From an uncultured delta proteobacterium (lineage in GTDB: Bacteria > Myxococcota_A > Polyangia > Palsa-1104), in assembly GCA_963785725.1 (NCBI GenBank), contig CAWAWS010000016.1, positions 32,001 through 96,000 on the forward strand: DNA of 64,000 nucleotides, given 5' to 3'. The position numbers were made by a program, and so were the translations under genes. The notes under the pieces were generated by a model. It was not told the origin of the DNA and searched no databases. It saw only the letters and a list, made by a program, of their open reading frames with translations. Below are positions 1 to 10,355 of the stretch, piece after piece. The stretch's first letter is position 1; every line of letters begins with the position of its first letter.

Positions 1-819
1 TCGACGGACCAGCTCGAGACCTGCTCGGCCTTGTTCACGCCCATCGGTAGCGACGTCTTGCCCGATGGCAGCACGGTTCAGCTCGCCGTCACGCTGCGCG
101 CCCGCGTCGAAGATCACGGCAACACCGAGCCAGGCCTCAAAGACGAGGTTTTCTCAGGCATCAACGAAAGCACCGTCAGCATCTACGTCATTGAAGACGA
201 CGGCGCGACGCCGTTGGCGGTCGACACCGACGCCGACGGGGTTTGCGACGACGTCAATCCGCTGCTGGTGCCGACGACCGACACGGTCACGATGCCCGGC
301 GAAGCCCTCGTCGTCGGAATGGTGCCGATCACGGGCAGCGGCACCGCCAACTTCGTGGACGAGAAGGGAGCACCGTTTGCGCCGCTCAACGGCGCCTGCG
401 GCGAATACGGCACGCCCAACAACGCCACGCCGCCGCCGCCGCTGTGCACCAACGCGCCCCTGAACGTGAACATCGAGTCGATCACCGGCTTCGACGAGAT
501 CTTCACGCTTGGGCCGACCAACCTGCCCAACGTCGGTTGCGTCGGCGCGCAGCTCGACAGTCAGAACCGCAACCTGCGCGGACCGGTCTGCGTGATCACT
601 CGCGCCGTGGACAACACCGGCAACATCAGCGTCAGCTACCCGCTACACCTGTGCATCAAAGATCCGGCCAATCCGACCAACTGCAACAGCTACACAGCGG
701 TCACGACGCACTGCACTGGGGTGTGGAACAAGGTCACGCAGCAGCTCGGAACCGGCGGGTGCACGCTGCCAGGTGCCGGCGCGACATTCTCGAACGGCGA
801 GGTCATCGAAACGCCGTAG
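1..819 (+). CDS. C-terminal part of a Cys-rich, probably secreted protein (5' truncated by window edge)
   Basis: Frame is open from position 1. Thr/Gly/Cys/Asn-rich, with a DTDADGVCDD Ca-binding-like motif. Confidence 0.75.
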   Translation, partial: STDQLETCSALFTPIGSDVLPDGSTVQLAVTLRARVEDHGNTEPGLKDEVFSGINESTVSIYVIEDDGATPLAVDTDADGVCDDVNPLLVPTTDTVTMPGEALVVGMVPITGSGTANFVDEKGAPFAPLNGACGEYGTPNNATPPPPLCTNAPLNVNIESITGFDEIFTLGPTNLPNVGCVGAQLDSQNRNLRGPVCVITRAVDNTGNISVSYPLHLCIKDPANPTNCNSYTAVTTHCTGVWNKVTQQLGTGGCTLPGAGATFSNGEVIETP

Positions 820-835
820 AGCGGTCGTCCCCGAA

Positions 836-863
836 GCCGCCCGCGCCGAGCGGGCGGCCGTTT
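836..863. terminator. Hairpin between convergent genes (putative terminator)
   Basis: GCCGCCCGC-gccga-GCGGGCGGC 9-bp perfect stem followed by cgttt. Confidence 0.45.
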
Positions 864-878
864 CCCCGCTGCTACCGC

Positions 879-2309
879 TTATTTCCCCGACTTCTCCGAC
901 CGACCCGGCGCGTTCTTCCGCTTCATCTTCGGCGACTGCCCGCGCTCTTTGCACACGATGCGCACCGGCGTCCCGAACAAATCGAACTGCTCGCGCAGCT
1001 GATTCTGCAGATAACGCCGATACGAGAAGTGCACGCCGTCGGGATGATTGACCGACAGGATGAACGTCGGCGGCTTCGCCTGCGGCTGCTGGATGTAATA
1101 CAGCTTCACCGGATGCCCACGATACAGCGACGGCGGATGCTTCTCGACGATGCCTTCGAACCAGCGATTGAGCTGCCCCGTCGTCACGCGCTTCGTGTAC
1201 GCCGCGTACGCCGCCTGCACCGCGTCCAAGATGCGCTGCACGCCTTTGCCGGTCGTCGCCGACGCGAACACGACCTTGGCCCAGGGCACGAACTGCAGCT
1301 GCCGCTTCAAATCCTCGTGCAGCTTCTTCTGCTGGTCGGCGTCGATGAGATCGAGCTTGTTGAAGCAGATGACGAGCGCGCGCCCCGCTTCGTCGCACAT
1401 GCCGGCGACCTTGGCGTCCTGCTCGGCCAAGCCGTCGGCGGCGTCGACGACGAGCACGCACACATCGCAGCGACCGACGGCCTTCTCGGCCATCGCCACC
1501 GCGATCTTCTCCATCGGCTCCGAGATCTTGCTGCGCCGCCGAATGCCCGCGGTATCGATGAGCACGTAGCGTCGCCCGCCGAGCTCGACCGGCGTATCCA
1601 CCGGATCGCGCGTCGTGCCCGCCACCGAGTCGACGATGACGCGCTCCTCCCCGACGAAGCGATTGACCAGCGACGACTTGCCCGCGTTCGGTCGCCCGAC
1701 GAGCGCCATGCGAATCGGCCGCGTCGCGTCGTCTTCCTCTTCCGGCTGATCGATGATGCGCGGCGCGTTCGGCAGCGCGGCGACGATGCCGTCGCACAGC
1801 TCGTTGACGCCGCGGCCATGCTGCCCCGAAATCGGAAACACCGCATCGGCGCCGAGCGCGTACAGCTCCTGCGCATCGGCCTCACGGCGCGCGCTGTCGA
1901 CCTTGTTGGCCGCCCAAATGATCGGCTTGCCGGTCTTGCGCAGCGTCTTGATGGCGTCGCGATCCTGCGCCACGAGCCCGACTTGCGCGTCGATGACGAA
2001 GAGCACCAAGTCGGCTTCGCCGACGGCCTGCATCGCCTGCTGCAAGATGCCGCGCGCCAACGTCGCGTCGTTCGGCTTGGCCGCGCTCCAGTCGAGCCCG
2101 CCCGTGTCGACGACGCGGAAGAGCCGGCCGTCCCACTCGGCCTCGCCGTAGCGGCGATCGCGCGTCACGCCCGCCTCGTCCTCGACGATGGCGTCGTGGC
2201 CGCCGCACAACCGGTTGAATAGCGTCGACTTTCCGACGTTGGGCCGTCCGACGATGGCGACCAGCGGCCACGACTCGGACGCGCCCAGCTCATTGATGCG
2301 CGGGCTCAT
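879..2309 (-). CDS. der: Ribosome biogenesis GTPase Der/EngA
   Basis: Two G domains (GRPNVGKST/DTGG/NKVD and GRPNAGKSS/DTAG/NKLD) plus a KH-like C-terminus. ATGA overlap with the era stop. Confidence 0.97.
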   Translation of the reverse strand: MSPRINELGASESWPLVAIVGRPNVGKSTLFNRLCGGHDAIVEDEAGVTRDRRYGEAEWDGRLFRVVDTGGLDWSAAKPNDATLARGILQQAMQAVGEADLVLFVIDAQVGLVAQDRDAIKTLRKTGKPIIWAANKVDSARREADAQELYALGADAVFPISGQHGRGVNELCDGIVAALPNAPRIIDQPEEEDDATRPIRMALVGRPNAGKSSLVNRFVGEERVIVDSVAGTTRDPVDTPVELGGRRYVLIDTAGIRRRSKISEPMEKIAVAMAEKAVGRCDVCVLVVDAADGLAEQDAKVAGMCDEAGRALVICFNKLDLIDADQQKKLHEDLKRQLQFVPWAKVVFASATTGKGVQRILDAVQAAYAAYTKRVTTGQLNRWFEGIVEKHPPSLYRGHPVKLYYIQQPQAKPPTFILSVNHPDGVHFSYRRYLQNQLREQFDLFGTPVRIVCKERGQSPKMKRKNAPGRSEKSGK

Positions 2310-3250
2310 TCTTCTCCGTACCCCAATTCGCGTAGCGTGCGCGCGCTCTCGGTCCAGCCTTCGTCGACGCGTACGAACAGCTTGAGATGCACGGGAATGG
2401 CCAGCAGTTGCGAAATCTCGTGGCGCGCGCGCGAGCCGATCTCGCGCACCATGCGGCCGCCTTCGCCGACGATCATGCGCTTGTGCGCCTCTTTGTCGAC
2501 GTGGATGGTGGCTTCGACCATCACGTCTTTGCCGCGCTCTTCCCAGGTGTCGATGCTGACGGCGCACGAATACGGCACCTCTTGGCGCGTCAACAAGAAC
2601 ACCTGCTCGCGGATGAACTCGGCGCCGATCCAGCGCTCGGCGCGATCGGTCAGCATCTCTTCCGGGAAGATCGCTTCGCCGATGGGCAGGAGCTTCGTCA
2701 GCTCGCCTTCGAGCCGTTCGACGTTGTCACCGTCTTTGGCCGAGATCGGAATGATCGCGCGCCACTCGTGCGCCGCCTGCAGCTTCTCCAGCACCGGCAA
2801 GAGCAGCGACTTATTGCGCAGCAAATCGACCTTGTTGATGACCAACACCGCCGGCTTCTTGGCGGCCTTGATCTCGTCGATGACATACTTCGTGGCGACG
2901 TCGATGCGGTAGCCTTCGGCCTCTTTGGCCGTCGGCGCCTCGACGATGGCGCAGATGCTGTCGACGTCGCCGAGCGCCTGCAGCGCCTCGCCGACCATGT
3001 ACGAGTTGAGCTTCGTGCGGCCGCGTCCGCTCGGGCGATGCAGGCCGGGCGTGTCGACGAGCACGAGCTGCGCGCCCGCGAAGTTACGGACGCCGACGAT
3101 GCGATTGCGCGTCGTCTGCGGGCGCGGCGTGGCGATGGCGATCTTCTCGCCGAGGATACGATTGAGCAGCGTCGACTTGCCGACGTTCGGCCGGCCGATG
3201 AGCGCGACGAAGCCCGCGCGGAATTCTTCGGGCGGCCGTTTTTTCACCAT
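2306..3250 (-). CDS. era: GTPase Era
   Basis: GFVALIGRPNVGKSTL, PQTTR, DTPG, NKVD, EVPYS, KH domain GxxG. Confidence 0.97.
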   Translation of the reverse strand: MVKKRPPEEFRAGFVALIGRPNVGKSTLLNRILGEKIAIATPRPQTTRNRIVGVRNFAGAQLVLVDTPGLHRPSGRGRTKLNSYMVGEALQALGDVDSICAIVEAPTAKEAEGYRIDVATKYVIDEIKAAKKPAVLVINKVDLLRNKSLLLPVLEKLQAAHEWRAIIPISAKDGDNVERLEGELTKLLPIGEAIFPEEMLTDRAERWIGAEFIREQVFLLTRQEVPYSCAVSIDTWEERGKDVMVEATIHVDKEAHKRMIVGEGGRMVREIGSRARHEISQLLAIPVHLKLFVRVDEGWTESARTLRELGYGEE

Positions 3251-3338
3251 GGCGCGCCCTTCTACCACGCAATGACGTGAGTGACCATGGCCGCTTGTGG
3301 GTCTGTGGCCTAACCCATAAGATGGTGCGCGGAGGTGA

Positions 3339-3839
3339 TTGGTGGCCGTAGCTGCGTTGGTCCTGGGCATCATCGGTATCGTTTTCAGCTGGTTTCCCGC
3401 CGTTATCGTCGGCGTTCCCTTGGCCATCATCGGCCTCATCCTGTCGATCGTCGCGCGCAAGAACGCCGTCGCCAACGGGCAGCCGACCGGCATGGCGACC
3501 GCCGGCCTCGTGGTCAGCATCATCGGCATCGCGTTCGCGACGGTGACCACGATCGCGTGCGTCTCCTGCTTCGCCAAGATGGACAAGAAGATGCAGGATC
3601 CGGCGTTCCGCGAGCAGCTGCGGCAGCAGCAAGAGGACTTCCGCAAGTCGCAGCAGCAGAGCGACCGCGAGTTCAACGACGCGTTCAAGAACGCCGTCGA
3701 CCACACGCAGAAGCCGGGACCGGGCGCCACGACCGTGCCGGCGCCCGCGGCCAACGCCGGCGCCATGCCGGCGCCGCTCGGCGACGCGCCGCCCGCCAAG
3801 CCGGCGCCCGCGCTGCCGCCGAGCCAGCCGCAAAAATAG
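3339..3839 (+). CDS. Small membrane protein (DUF4190-like) with Pro/Ala-rich tail
   Basis: Hydrophobic helices, GMATAGLVVSIIG motif, GGAGG RBS upstream. Confidence 0.7.
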   Translation: MVAVAALVLGIIGIVFSWFPAVIVGVPLAIIGLILSIVARKNAVANGQPTGMATAGLVVSIIGIAFATVTTIACVSCFAKMDKKMQDPAFREQLRQQQEDFRKSQQQSDREFNDAFKNAVDHTQKPGPGATTVPAPAANAGAMPAPLGDAPPAKPAPALPPSQPQK

Positions 3840-3855
3840 CCGCAAAAATAGCCGC

Positions 3856-4614
3856 ATGCATCCCGAGCTCGCTCGCTTCACCGCATTCGGCGTCGAACGA
3901 GCGATCTATTCCTACGGAGTCTTCGTCCTCCTCGGCGTCGCCAGCGGTCTCACCATTGCCGTCTGGCGTGCCCGCGGCGAGCAGCTCCTGCGCTTCGACG
4001 TGCTCGCCGCCGGCCTCTTCGCGGTCGCCGGCGGCCTCGTCGGCGGCGTCCTCCTCTACATCGCGGTGCACGTGCCGCTCTTCGTCGCCGATCCGGGGCT
4101 GTTGTTGCAGCCGGGCCTCGTCTTTTACGGCGGGCTCATCGGCGGCGCCGGCGCGGCCGCGCTCTACTGTCGCGGCTACGCCGTGCCGTTGCCGCGCGTC
4201 GCCGACGCCGCCGCGCCCGGCCTGGCGTTCGGCCACGCGCTCGGCCGCGTCGGCTGCTTGCTCGGCGGTTGCTGCTACGGCCGCGTCGTCGCGCCGTCGT
4301 TCCCTCTCGCCGTCGAGCTCGCCGGCGCCACCCGCCATCCCGTGCAGCTCTACGAAGCGGCCGGCCTCCTCGTCATCGCCGCCGTGACCTCGCTCTTGCC
4401 GCGGCAACACAAGGGCGCCATCTTTACGGTGTATCTCGGCCTCTACGCCGTCTTGCGCCTGGCCACCGAGCGCTTTCGCGGGGACGACTTCGAACGCAGC
4501 GCCATCGTGCGCGGCTCGTCGACGTCGCAGCTCATCGCCGCCGTCATGCTCGTCGCTGCCGTCGCGCTCGTCTTTCACCTGTATCGGCCTTCGAATCGGA
4601 AAGGAGCGGCCTAA
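3856..4614 (+). CDS. lgt: Prolipoprotein diacylglyceryl transferase family
   Basis: GLVFYGGLIG, GRVGCLLGGCCYG, RHPVQLYE and ERFRGD motifs. Confidence 0.88.
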   Translation: MHPELARFTAFGVERAIYSYGVFVLLGVASGLTIAVWRARGEQLLRFDVLAAGLFAVAGGLVGGVLLYIAVHVPLFVADPGLLLQPGLVFYGGLIGGAGAAALYCRGYAVPLPRVADAAAPGLAFGHALGRVGCLLGGCCYGRVVAPSFPLAVELAGATRHPVQLYEAAGLLVIAAVTSLLPRQHKGAIFTVYLGLYAVLRLATERFRGDDFERSAIVRGSSTSQLIAAVMLVAAVALVFHLYRPSNRKGAA

Positions 4615-6363
4615 ATGGACGAAGGGAATCCCTCGAGCTTCGGCAAGAGCCTCTACTTTGGTCACATTCCCGAGGCGCTGGTCGTGCCTTATCCGGCGAT
4701 CGATCCCGATGAGCGCTCGAATCTCCAGCTCATCCTCGACTCGTTCAACAAGTTCGCCCACGCGCAGATCGACTCGCGCAAGATCGACGAGGACGGCAAG
4801 CTGCCTCGGGCCGTGCTCGACGGCATGAAGCAGCTCGGCCTGTTCGGCCTCGCCATTCCCGAGGAATACGGCGGTCTCGGCCTCAGCGTCACCGGCTATG
4901 CGCGCGCCATGCAGTCGATTGCCGCCGTCGACGGCTCGATCGCGGTCACCATCGGCGGCCATCAATCGATCGGCTGCAAAGGGCTCATCCTCTTCGGCAA
5001 CGACGCGCAAAAGCAGAAGTACCTGCCGCGCTTGGCGACGGGCGAAATGGTGGCGGCGTTCGCGCTCACCGAGCCCGGCTCGGGCTCCGACGCGGCGTCG
5101 ATCAAGACGCGCGCCGTCGTGCAGCCCGATGGCAGCTTCGTCTTGAACGGCAACAAGATTTGGATCACCAACGGCGGCATCGCCGACTTCTTCACCGTCT
5201 TCGCGCAGTGCGAGGTCGAGCGCGACGGCCAGAAGAAAGATCGCATCACCGCGTTCCTCGTCGAGCGCAGCTTCGGCGTCAAGAACGGCCCCGAAGAGCA
5301 CAAGCTCGGCATCAAAGGCTCGTCGACGACCGCGCTCTACTTGGAGGACGTGCGCGTGCCCGCGGAGAACGTGCTCGGCGCGGTCGGCGGCGGCTTCAAA
5401 GTGGCGATGGGCATCCTCAACAACGGCCGCCTCGGCATCGGCTCGGGCTCGGTCGGCGCCGCGCAAACGGTCCTCAAGCTCGCGCTCGCGCACGCCACGA
5501 CGCGCCGGCAATTCGGGCGCAACATCTCCGAATTCGGCCTCATCAAAGACAAGGTCGCGCGCATCATGATGGAGATTTACGCGGCCGAATCGATGGTCTA
5601 CTTGACGACCGGCCTCATCGATCGCGGCATCGAGGACTACTCGGTCGAGAGCGCCTGCTGCAAGGTCTACGGCTCCGAGATGTTGTGGCGCGTCGTCAAC
5701 GAATGCCTGCAGATCGCCGCCGGCATGGGCTACATGAAGGAATATCCGTTCGAGCGCCTGCTGCGCGACGCGCGCATCAACCTCATCTTCGAAGGCACCA
5801 ACGAGATCCTGCGCTGCTTCATCGCGCTGTCAGGCATGCAAGGGCCGGGCGATCGCTTGGCGCAGCTGGCCGACGCCATCAAGTTCCCGCTCAAGGGCTA
5901 CGGCCTCGTGGCCGACTTCTTCGTCGACAAGATCAAGACGCAATATTACGGCGGCGAGCGCCTCGAGCACATTCACCCGTCGCTGAAGAAAGAGGCGGTG
6001 ATGTTCGAGGATTGGGTGCCGGAGCTGGCCAAGAACGTCGAGAAGGTGCTGCGCAAGCACGGCAAGAACATCTCCGAGATGCAGTACGTGCAGCAGCGCG
6101 TGGCCGACGTCGTCATCGATCTCTTCATGATGGTGGCGGTCATGTCGCGGGCGACGGCGGCGCTCAACGCGCACGGCCCGGCGGCCGAGCGCGAGGCCAA
6201 GCTGTGCCGCGCGATCTGCGGGCGCGCCGCCCATCGCATCAAGCAGAACATTCGCCGCTTCGACGACAACGACGACGAGCTGCTGCAAGAGCATCGCCAA
6301 GGACGCCTACGACGCCATGGCGCTACGACCACGACGTCGTCCTCGAAGACTAAGCAGCGCTAA
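4615..6363 (+). CDS. Acyl-CoA dehydrogenase (VLCAD/ACAD9-like); C-terminus probably frameshifted, likely true stop at 6353
   Basis: AFALTEPGSGSDA, NGNKIWITNG, KLGIKGSST, RDARINLIFEGTNEI. Confidence 0.93.
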   Translation: MDEGNPSSFGKSLYFGHIPEALVVPYPAIDPDERSNLQLILDSFNKFAHAQIDSRKIDEDGKLPRAVLDGMKQLGLFGLAIPEEYGGLGLSVTGYARAMQSIAAVDGSIAVTIGGHQSIGCKGLILFGNDAQKQKYLPRLATGEMVAAFALTEPGSGSDAASIKTRAVVQPDGSFVLNGNKIWITNGGIADFFTVFAQCEVERDGQKKDRITAFLVERSFGVKNGPEEHKLGIKGSSTTALYLEDVRVPAENVLGAVGGGFKVAMGILNNGRLGIGSGSVGAAQTVLKLALAHATTRRQFGRNISEFGLIKDKVARIMMEIYAAESMVYLTTGLIDRGIEDYSVESACCKVYGSEMLWRVVNECLQIAAGMGYMKEYPFERLLRDARINLIFEGTNEILRCFIALSGMQGPGDRLAQLADAIKFPLKGYGLVADFFVDKIKTQYYGGERLEHIHPSLKKEAVMFEDWVPELAKNVEKVLRKHGKNISEMQYVQQRVADVVIDLFMMVAVMSRATAALNAHGPAAEREAKLCRAICGRAAHRIKQNIRRFDDNDDELLQEHRQGRLRRHGATTTTSSSKTKQR

Positions 6364-7255
6364 GCGCTCGCGACGACGAAGTCGACGAACGCGCGCACCT
6401 TGGCCGGCGGCTGATGCCGCGACGGATAGTAGACGTAGAGCGGAAAGCGCTCGTCGGCCCACGCCGGAAACAGCTCGACGAGGCCGTGCTGGCCGAGCGC
6501 TTGAGCTCCAGCTCGAGCGGCTGCGCGATGCCGTGACCGGCGATGCACGCCGCCAGCTGCGTCGCGCTGTCGTTCACCGTCAGCCGGCCGTGGACCGCCA
6601 CGCGCACGCGCTTCCTGCGCCTGGTGAAACTCCCATTCGAACGGCCGCCCCGTCGCTGGATTGCGAAAGAGGATGCACTCGTGGCTGCGCAAGCTCGCGC
6701 GGCTGTCGCGGAGTCCCGTGCCGCTCTGAGTATATGCCGCGAGGCGCAGGTCATGACGCGCGTCTCCAAGAGCTTGCGCATGATGAGCGTCGACGGCAGC
6801 GGCTCGCCGAAGCGAATGGCCGCGTCGAGCCCATCGGCCACGAGATCTCCCGGCTGCTCGCGCACCACCAGCTCCAGCGACAGCGCCGGATAGCGCGCCA
6901 AGAACGCCGCCGCGCGCGGTCCCATGAGCACGCGCGCGCCGAGCGCGTCGATGGCCACACGCAGCGTGCCTTTGGGCGTCGTCGAGGCGTCGGCGGCCTC
7001 GGCAGCAGCGTCGGCGAGGCCGGCCAAGAGTGGTCCGACCTTTTCGTAGAAGGCGCGCCCGTCCTCGGTCAACGTCACGGCGCGCGCGCTCCGCTGCAAC
7101 AGGCGCACGCCCACTTCGGCCTCGAGGCGCGCGATGGCGCGGCTGACGCCCGACTGCGTGAGGCCGAGCGCCTCGGCCGCGCGCACGAAGGTCCCCGCCT
7201 CGACGACAGCGACGAGGACGCCGACTCCGTTGAGGATGCGCGTGTCGAAGGCCAT
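6360..7255 (-). pseudogene. LysR-family (CrgA-like) regulator with several frameshifts (pseudogene or sequence error)
   Basis: N-terminal HTH AAEALGLTQSGVSRAIARLE in one frame; C-terminal YPSRHQPPAKVRAFVDF in another. Indels at about 6500-6740. Confidence 0.85.
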
Positions 7256-7347
7256 GGCGCCGTCCGGCAACGTCGCACGCCGTGACCCCCAGCTCAAGCA
7301 GCGACGGCAGTTGCGTGCGCGGCCGTACGACCGTATAAGCAGCGTCC

Positions 7348-8778
7348 ATGGCCGCCGGACGTTTTGCACGCGCGTTTTTCTTCCTGCTCGACGGCGCGCG
7401 CACCGATATCTTCGAAGAGCAGCTCGCCCGCGGCGATCTGCCCAACATCGCGCGCTACATGGTCGAGCCCGGCGGCTATCGCCCGGCCACGACCGTGTTT
7501 CCATCGGTCACCGGCGTCGCGTACATCCCGTATTTGACCGGCATGTTCCCCGGCCGCGCCAACATCCCCGGCTATCGCTGGTTCGATCGCGATCGTTATC
7601 AAAAGCGCCCGCTGTCGATGATGCGCTTCCGCAACTACCACGGCCTCGGCTCCTACTTGATGGACCGCGATCTGGCGAAGTCGGCGGTGACGCTCTTCGA
7701 GCTGCTCAAGCCGTCGTCGAACATCTTCAGCGGCATCTCGCGCGGCACCGGCTTTCGCCGCAACGCCGCCTACTTCCGTCGCGTCCCCGCCGCGCTCAAG
7801 TTCTTCCGCACCGGCGACTGGGACGAGATCGACGAAGCCGGCGAGCGCTTCTTGTTGCGCGCCGCCAACCGCAAGCGCGAAGTCTTCACCTTCCACACCA
7901 CCTACTCCATCGACGAGTATTCGCACCATCACGGCCCATTCTCCGACCGCGCCCGCGCTCGCTACGGCGAGTTCGATCGCGTCTTCGGCCGGCTCGTGTC
8001 CAGCTTGCGCGCGAGCGGTCAGCTCGAGTCGTCGCTGCTCATGCTCGGCGCCGATCACGGCCACACCGAGGTCAAGGCGCACTTCGACCTCGAGGGCTTC
8101 TTCGAGCGCCGCGGCTTTCGTACACTGTACTATCCGAAGCAGGTCAGCCGCTGGCTCGGCGCCGACGCCGCCGTCATGGTCGCCGGCAACGGCGTCGGCC
8201 ACGTCTACCTGCGCGGCCCCGACAAGTGGACCGCGCGCCCCGCCGCCGACGAGCACTTGGCGCGCCACCCGTCGATGATGGACGACCTGCTCGCCAACGA
8301 CGCCATCGACCACATCGTCTACCGCGGCCAAGACGGCGTCGAAGTGCGGTCACGACGAGGCCGCGCCAGCATCAAGCTCGAGGACGGCAACGTCCGCTAT
8401 CGCGTCGACGGCAACGATCCCTTCGGCTACGGCCCGCTGCCGGAGACGATGTCGCGCGCCGAAATCCTCACGCGCACCGCCGACAGCGACTATCCCGACG
8501 CGCCGCTGCAGGTGGCGCAGCTGTTCGACTCGCCGCGCGCCGGCGACTTCGTCATCTCGGCCGCGCCCGGCTTCGACTTGCGCGCCGGCCACGCCGAGCG
8601 CGTCGAGATGCGCTCCTGCCACGGCTCCTTGCACCGCGAGCACATGCGGGTCCCGTTCTGCGTCAACGCGCCGACGGTGGCGCGCACGCCGCGCTCGGTC
8701 GACGCCTTCCCGACCATCCTCGAGCTGCTCGGCAGGCCCACGCCCGACGGCATCGACGGCCGCACGCTCCTCGCGTAA
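7348..8778 (+). CDS. Alkaline phosphatase superfamily / nucleotide pyrophosphatase-phosphodiesterase
   Basis: LLDG, FPSVT nucleophile loop, DEYSH, ADHG and CHG metal ligands. No signal peptide. Confidence 0.85.
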   Translation: MAAGRFARAFFFLLDGARTDIFEEQLARGDLPNIARYMVEPGGYRPATTVFPSVTGVAYIPYLTGMFPGRANIPGYRWFDRDRYQKRPLSMMRFRNYHGLGSYLMDRDLAKSAVTLFELLKPSSNIFSGISRGTGFRRNAAYFRRVPAALKFFRTGDWDEIDEAGERFLLRAANRKREVFTFHTTYSIDEYSHHHGPFSDRARARYGEFDRVFGRLVSSLRASGQLESSLLMLGADHGHTEVKAHFDLEGFFERRGFRTLYYPKQVSRWLGADAAVMVAGNGVGHVYLRGPDKWTARPAADEHLARHPSMMDDLLANDAIDHIVYRGQDGVEVRSRRGRASIKLEDGNVRYRVDGNDPFGYGPLPETMSRAEILTRTADSDYPDAPLQVAQLFDSPRAGDFVISAAPGFDLRAGHAERVEMRSCHGSLHREHMRVPFCVNAPTVARTPRSVDAFPTILELLGRPTPDGIDGRTLLA

Positions 8779-8798
8779 TCGTCACTCGCCGTAAGCGT

Positions 8799-8912
8799 TC
8801 AGCGCGCCAGCCAGGACGCGAGCCCGACGGCCAGCGCCGAGGCGAGCGTGCCGGCCAGCGCCGTCGTCAGGAGCAGTTGCAGGGTCGCGCGGTGCATCAT
8901 CATCGACTTCAT
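8799..8912 (-). CDS. Possible 37-aa single-TM small protein
   Basis: MKSMMMHRATLQLLLTTALAGTLASALAVGLASWLAR*, a hydrophobic helix in an otherwise empty gap. Confidence 0.35.
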   Translation of the reverse strand: MKSMMMHRATLQLLLTTALAGTLASALAVGLASWLAR

Positions 8913-9067
8913 GTTGTCGAGGAGACGGACAGCCGCCCACGTTGTCGCAGCCTGCGCGACCGCCGAACGCACGATTTCGTGATTTTTTGCGCTGGCGCTT
9001 GAAGAGACTAGCGAGAGCGCGCCATCCCTCGTACGCGATCGCGACGGGAATGAGCGCGTAGAGGCGG

Positions 9068-9742
9068 TTACTTCTTGGCGGGAGCAGCCGGCGCCGGCGC
9101 GGCCGGCGGCGGCGTCGCGCCCGGGATCGGCGCCGAGATGTCCAGCTTGGGCTTGGCGTCCGCGCCCGCGGCCGTCAACACCGCTTCGGCGCCGCGCGAG
9201 TCGGCCATCTTCACCATGCCCGTCGGCACGGCCTTGTCGCTCATCCAGACGTCGATGGTCGTGCCCTGCGGCGTGTTGGCGTCGGTCGGCAGCTGCTTCT
9301 GGTAGTGCTTGCACGAGTAGCTGCCCACGGCCGTCTTGATCTGCTCGGTGCCGATGAGCTTGCCGAAGACATCGCCCTTCTTGATGCCGCCCTGCGACAG
9401 CTGCGCCGCCGGCATGTCCTGCGCGTTGGAGCCGATCTGCATGCGCGCCTTGACCAGCTTCCACGTGTCGGCGCCTTCGGGCTCGTAGGCCATGTGCAGC
9501 AGCACCGGGCCCATCGGCGTCACCGAATCGATCTCGTACGCCGCCGACTTGTCGCTCTTGGCGACGAGCGCGTACTTCATCTTGATCGTCTGCGGCTGGC
9601 CTTTGGCCGTCATCGTATATTCCGACCACTGCCCGGCCTTGCTCTTGGCCAGCGCGTCGTAGGAGATGGGATTTTGCTGCTGGGCGCCGGCGACGCCGGC
9701 AAAACAGGTCACGGCAAGGAAGGCAAGCAGTGTACGCATCAT
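9068..9742 (-). CDS. Secreted hypothetical protein
   Basis: Signal peptide ending AGA-QQQ, AAGGAG RBS, beta-rich body. Confidence 0.8.
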   Translation of the reverse strand: MMRTLLAFLAVTCFAGVAGAQQQNPISYDALAKSKAGQWSEYTMTAKGQPQTIKMKYALVAKSDKSAAYEIDSVTPMGPVLLHMAYEPEGADTWKLVKARMQIGSNAQDMPAAQLSQGGIKKGDVFGKLIGTEQIKTAVGSYSCKHYQKQLPTDANTPQGTTIDVWMSDKAVPTGMVKMADSRGAEAVLTAAGADAKPKLDISAPIPGATPPPAAPAPAAPAKK

Positions 9743-9778
9743 CGGCTCCTTAACTTGGCGCCGTGTATAGCACGTACG

Positions 9779-10345
9779 CTACTCGAGCGATTCTTCTTTG
9801 CGCCGCTTGGCTTCACGCAGCTCGTCGGCCACCGGACCCGACCCGATCGTCGCCGCCGCCTTGTCGAGCAGCGCGATATCCTCCTCGGTCCGCGTGCGCA
9901 ACGCATCGTGCGCGCCCTTGAAGTGCTCGAAGAAGTCGACCAGCTGATCGCCTTTGCGCAGGTTGTAGACGATGCCCAGCTTGCCGTCGCGCATCTTGTC
10001 GAGGTGGTTCGTGATCTTGTAGAGCGGACCGGCCACTTTGTGCGTCAGCATGATGCCGTAGACGGCCATCACGATCGACAGCACGAAGCCGAACGCGATC
10101 AGGATGAGCATGAGGATGCGATCGCTATGCGCGAACTGGCGGGCCAGCTCTTGCGCCAGCTGATTGTCGGGATCCATGGCCTGCACGGAGACGAGCCGCG
10201 ACGCTTCACGCGCCTTGGACATCACGAAATAGCCGAGCCCGCCCGTCAAAATCGCCGCCAGCAAGACGATGACCGCCGTGAACCGCAGCTGATATTGCGA
10301 GTTCAAGAGGTAGTTGCGGAGGCTGCGTTTATAGCCCTGAGGCAT
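9779..10345 (-). CDS. Two-TM HAMP-like membrane protein
   Basis: Two TM helices followed by a THKVAGPLY...LRKGDQL HAMP-like segment. GGAG RBS. Confidence 0.8.
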   Translation of the reverse strand: MPQGYKRSLRNYLLNSQYQLRFTAVIVLLAAILTGGLGYFVMSKAREASRLVSVQAMDPDNQLAQELARQFAHSDRILMLILIAFGFVLSIVMAVYGIMLTHKVAGPLYKITNHLDKMRDGKLGIVYNLRKGDQLVDFFEHFKGAHDALRTRTEEDIALLDKAAATIGSGPVADELREAKRRKEESLE

Positions 10346-10355
10346 TGACCGCTCC

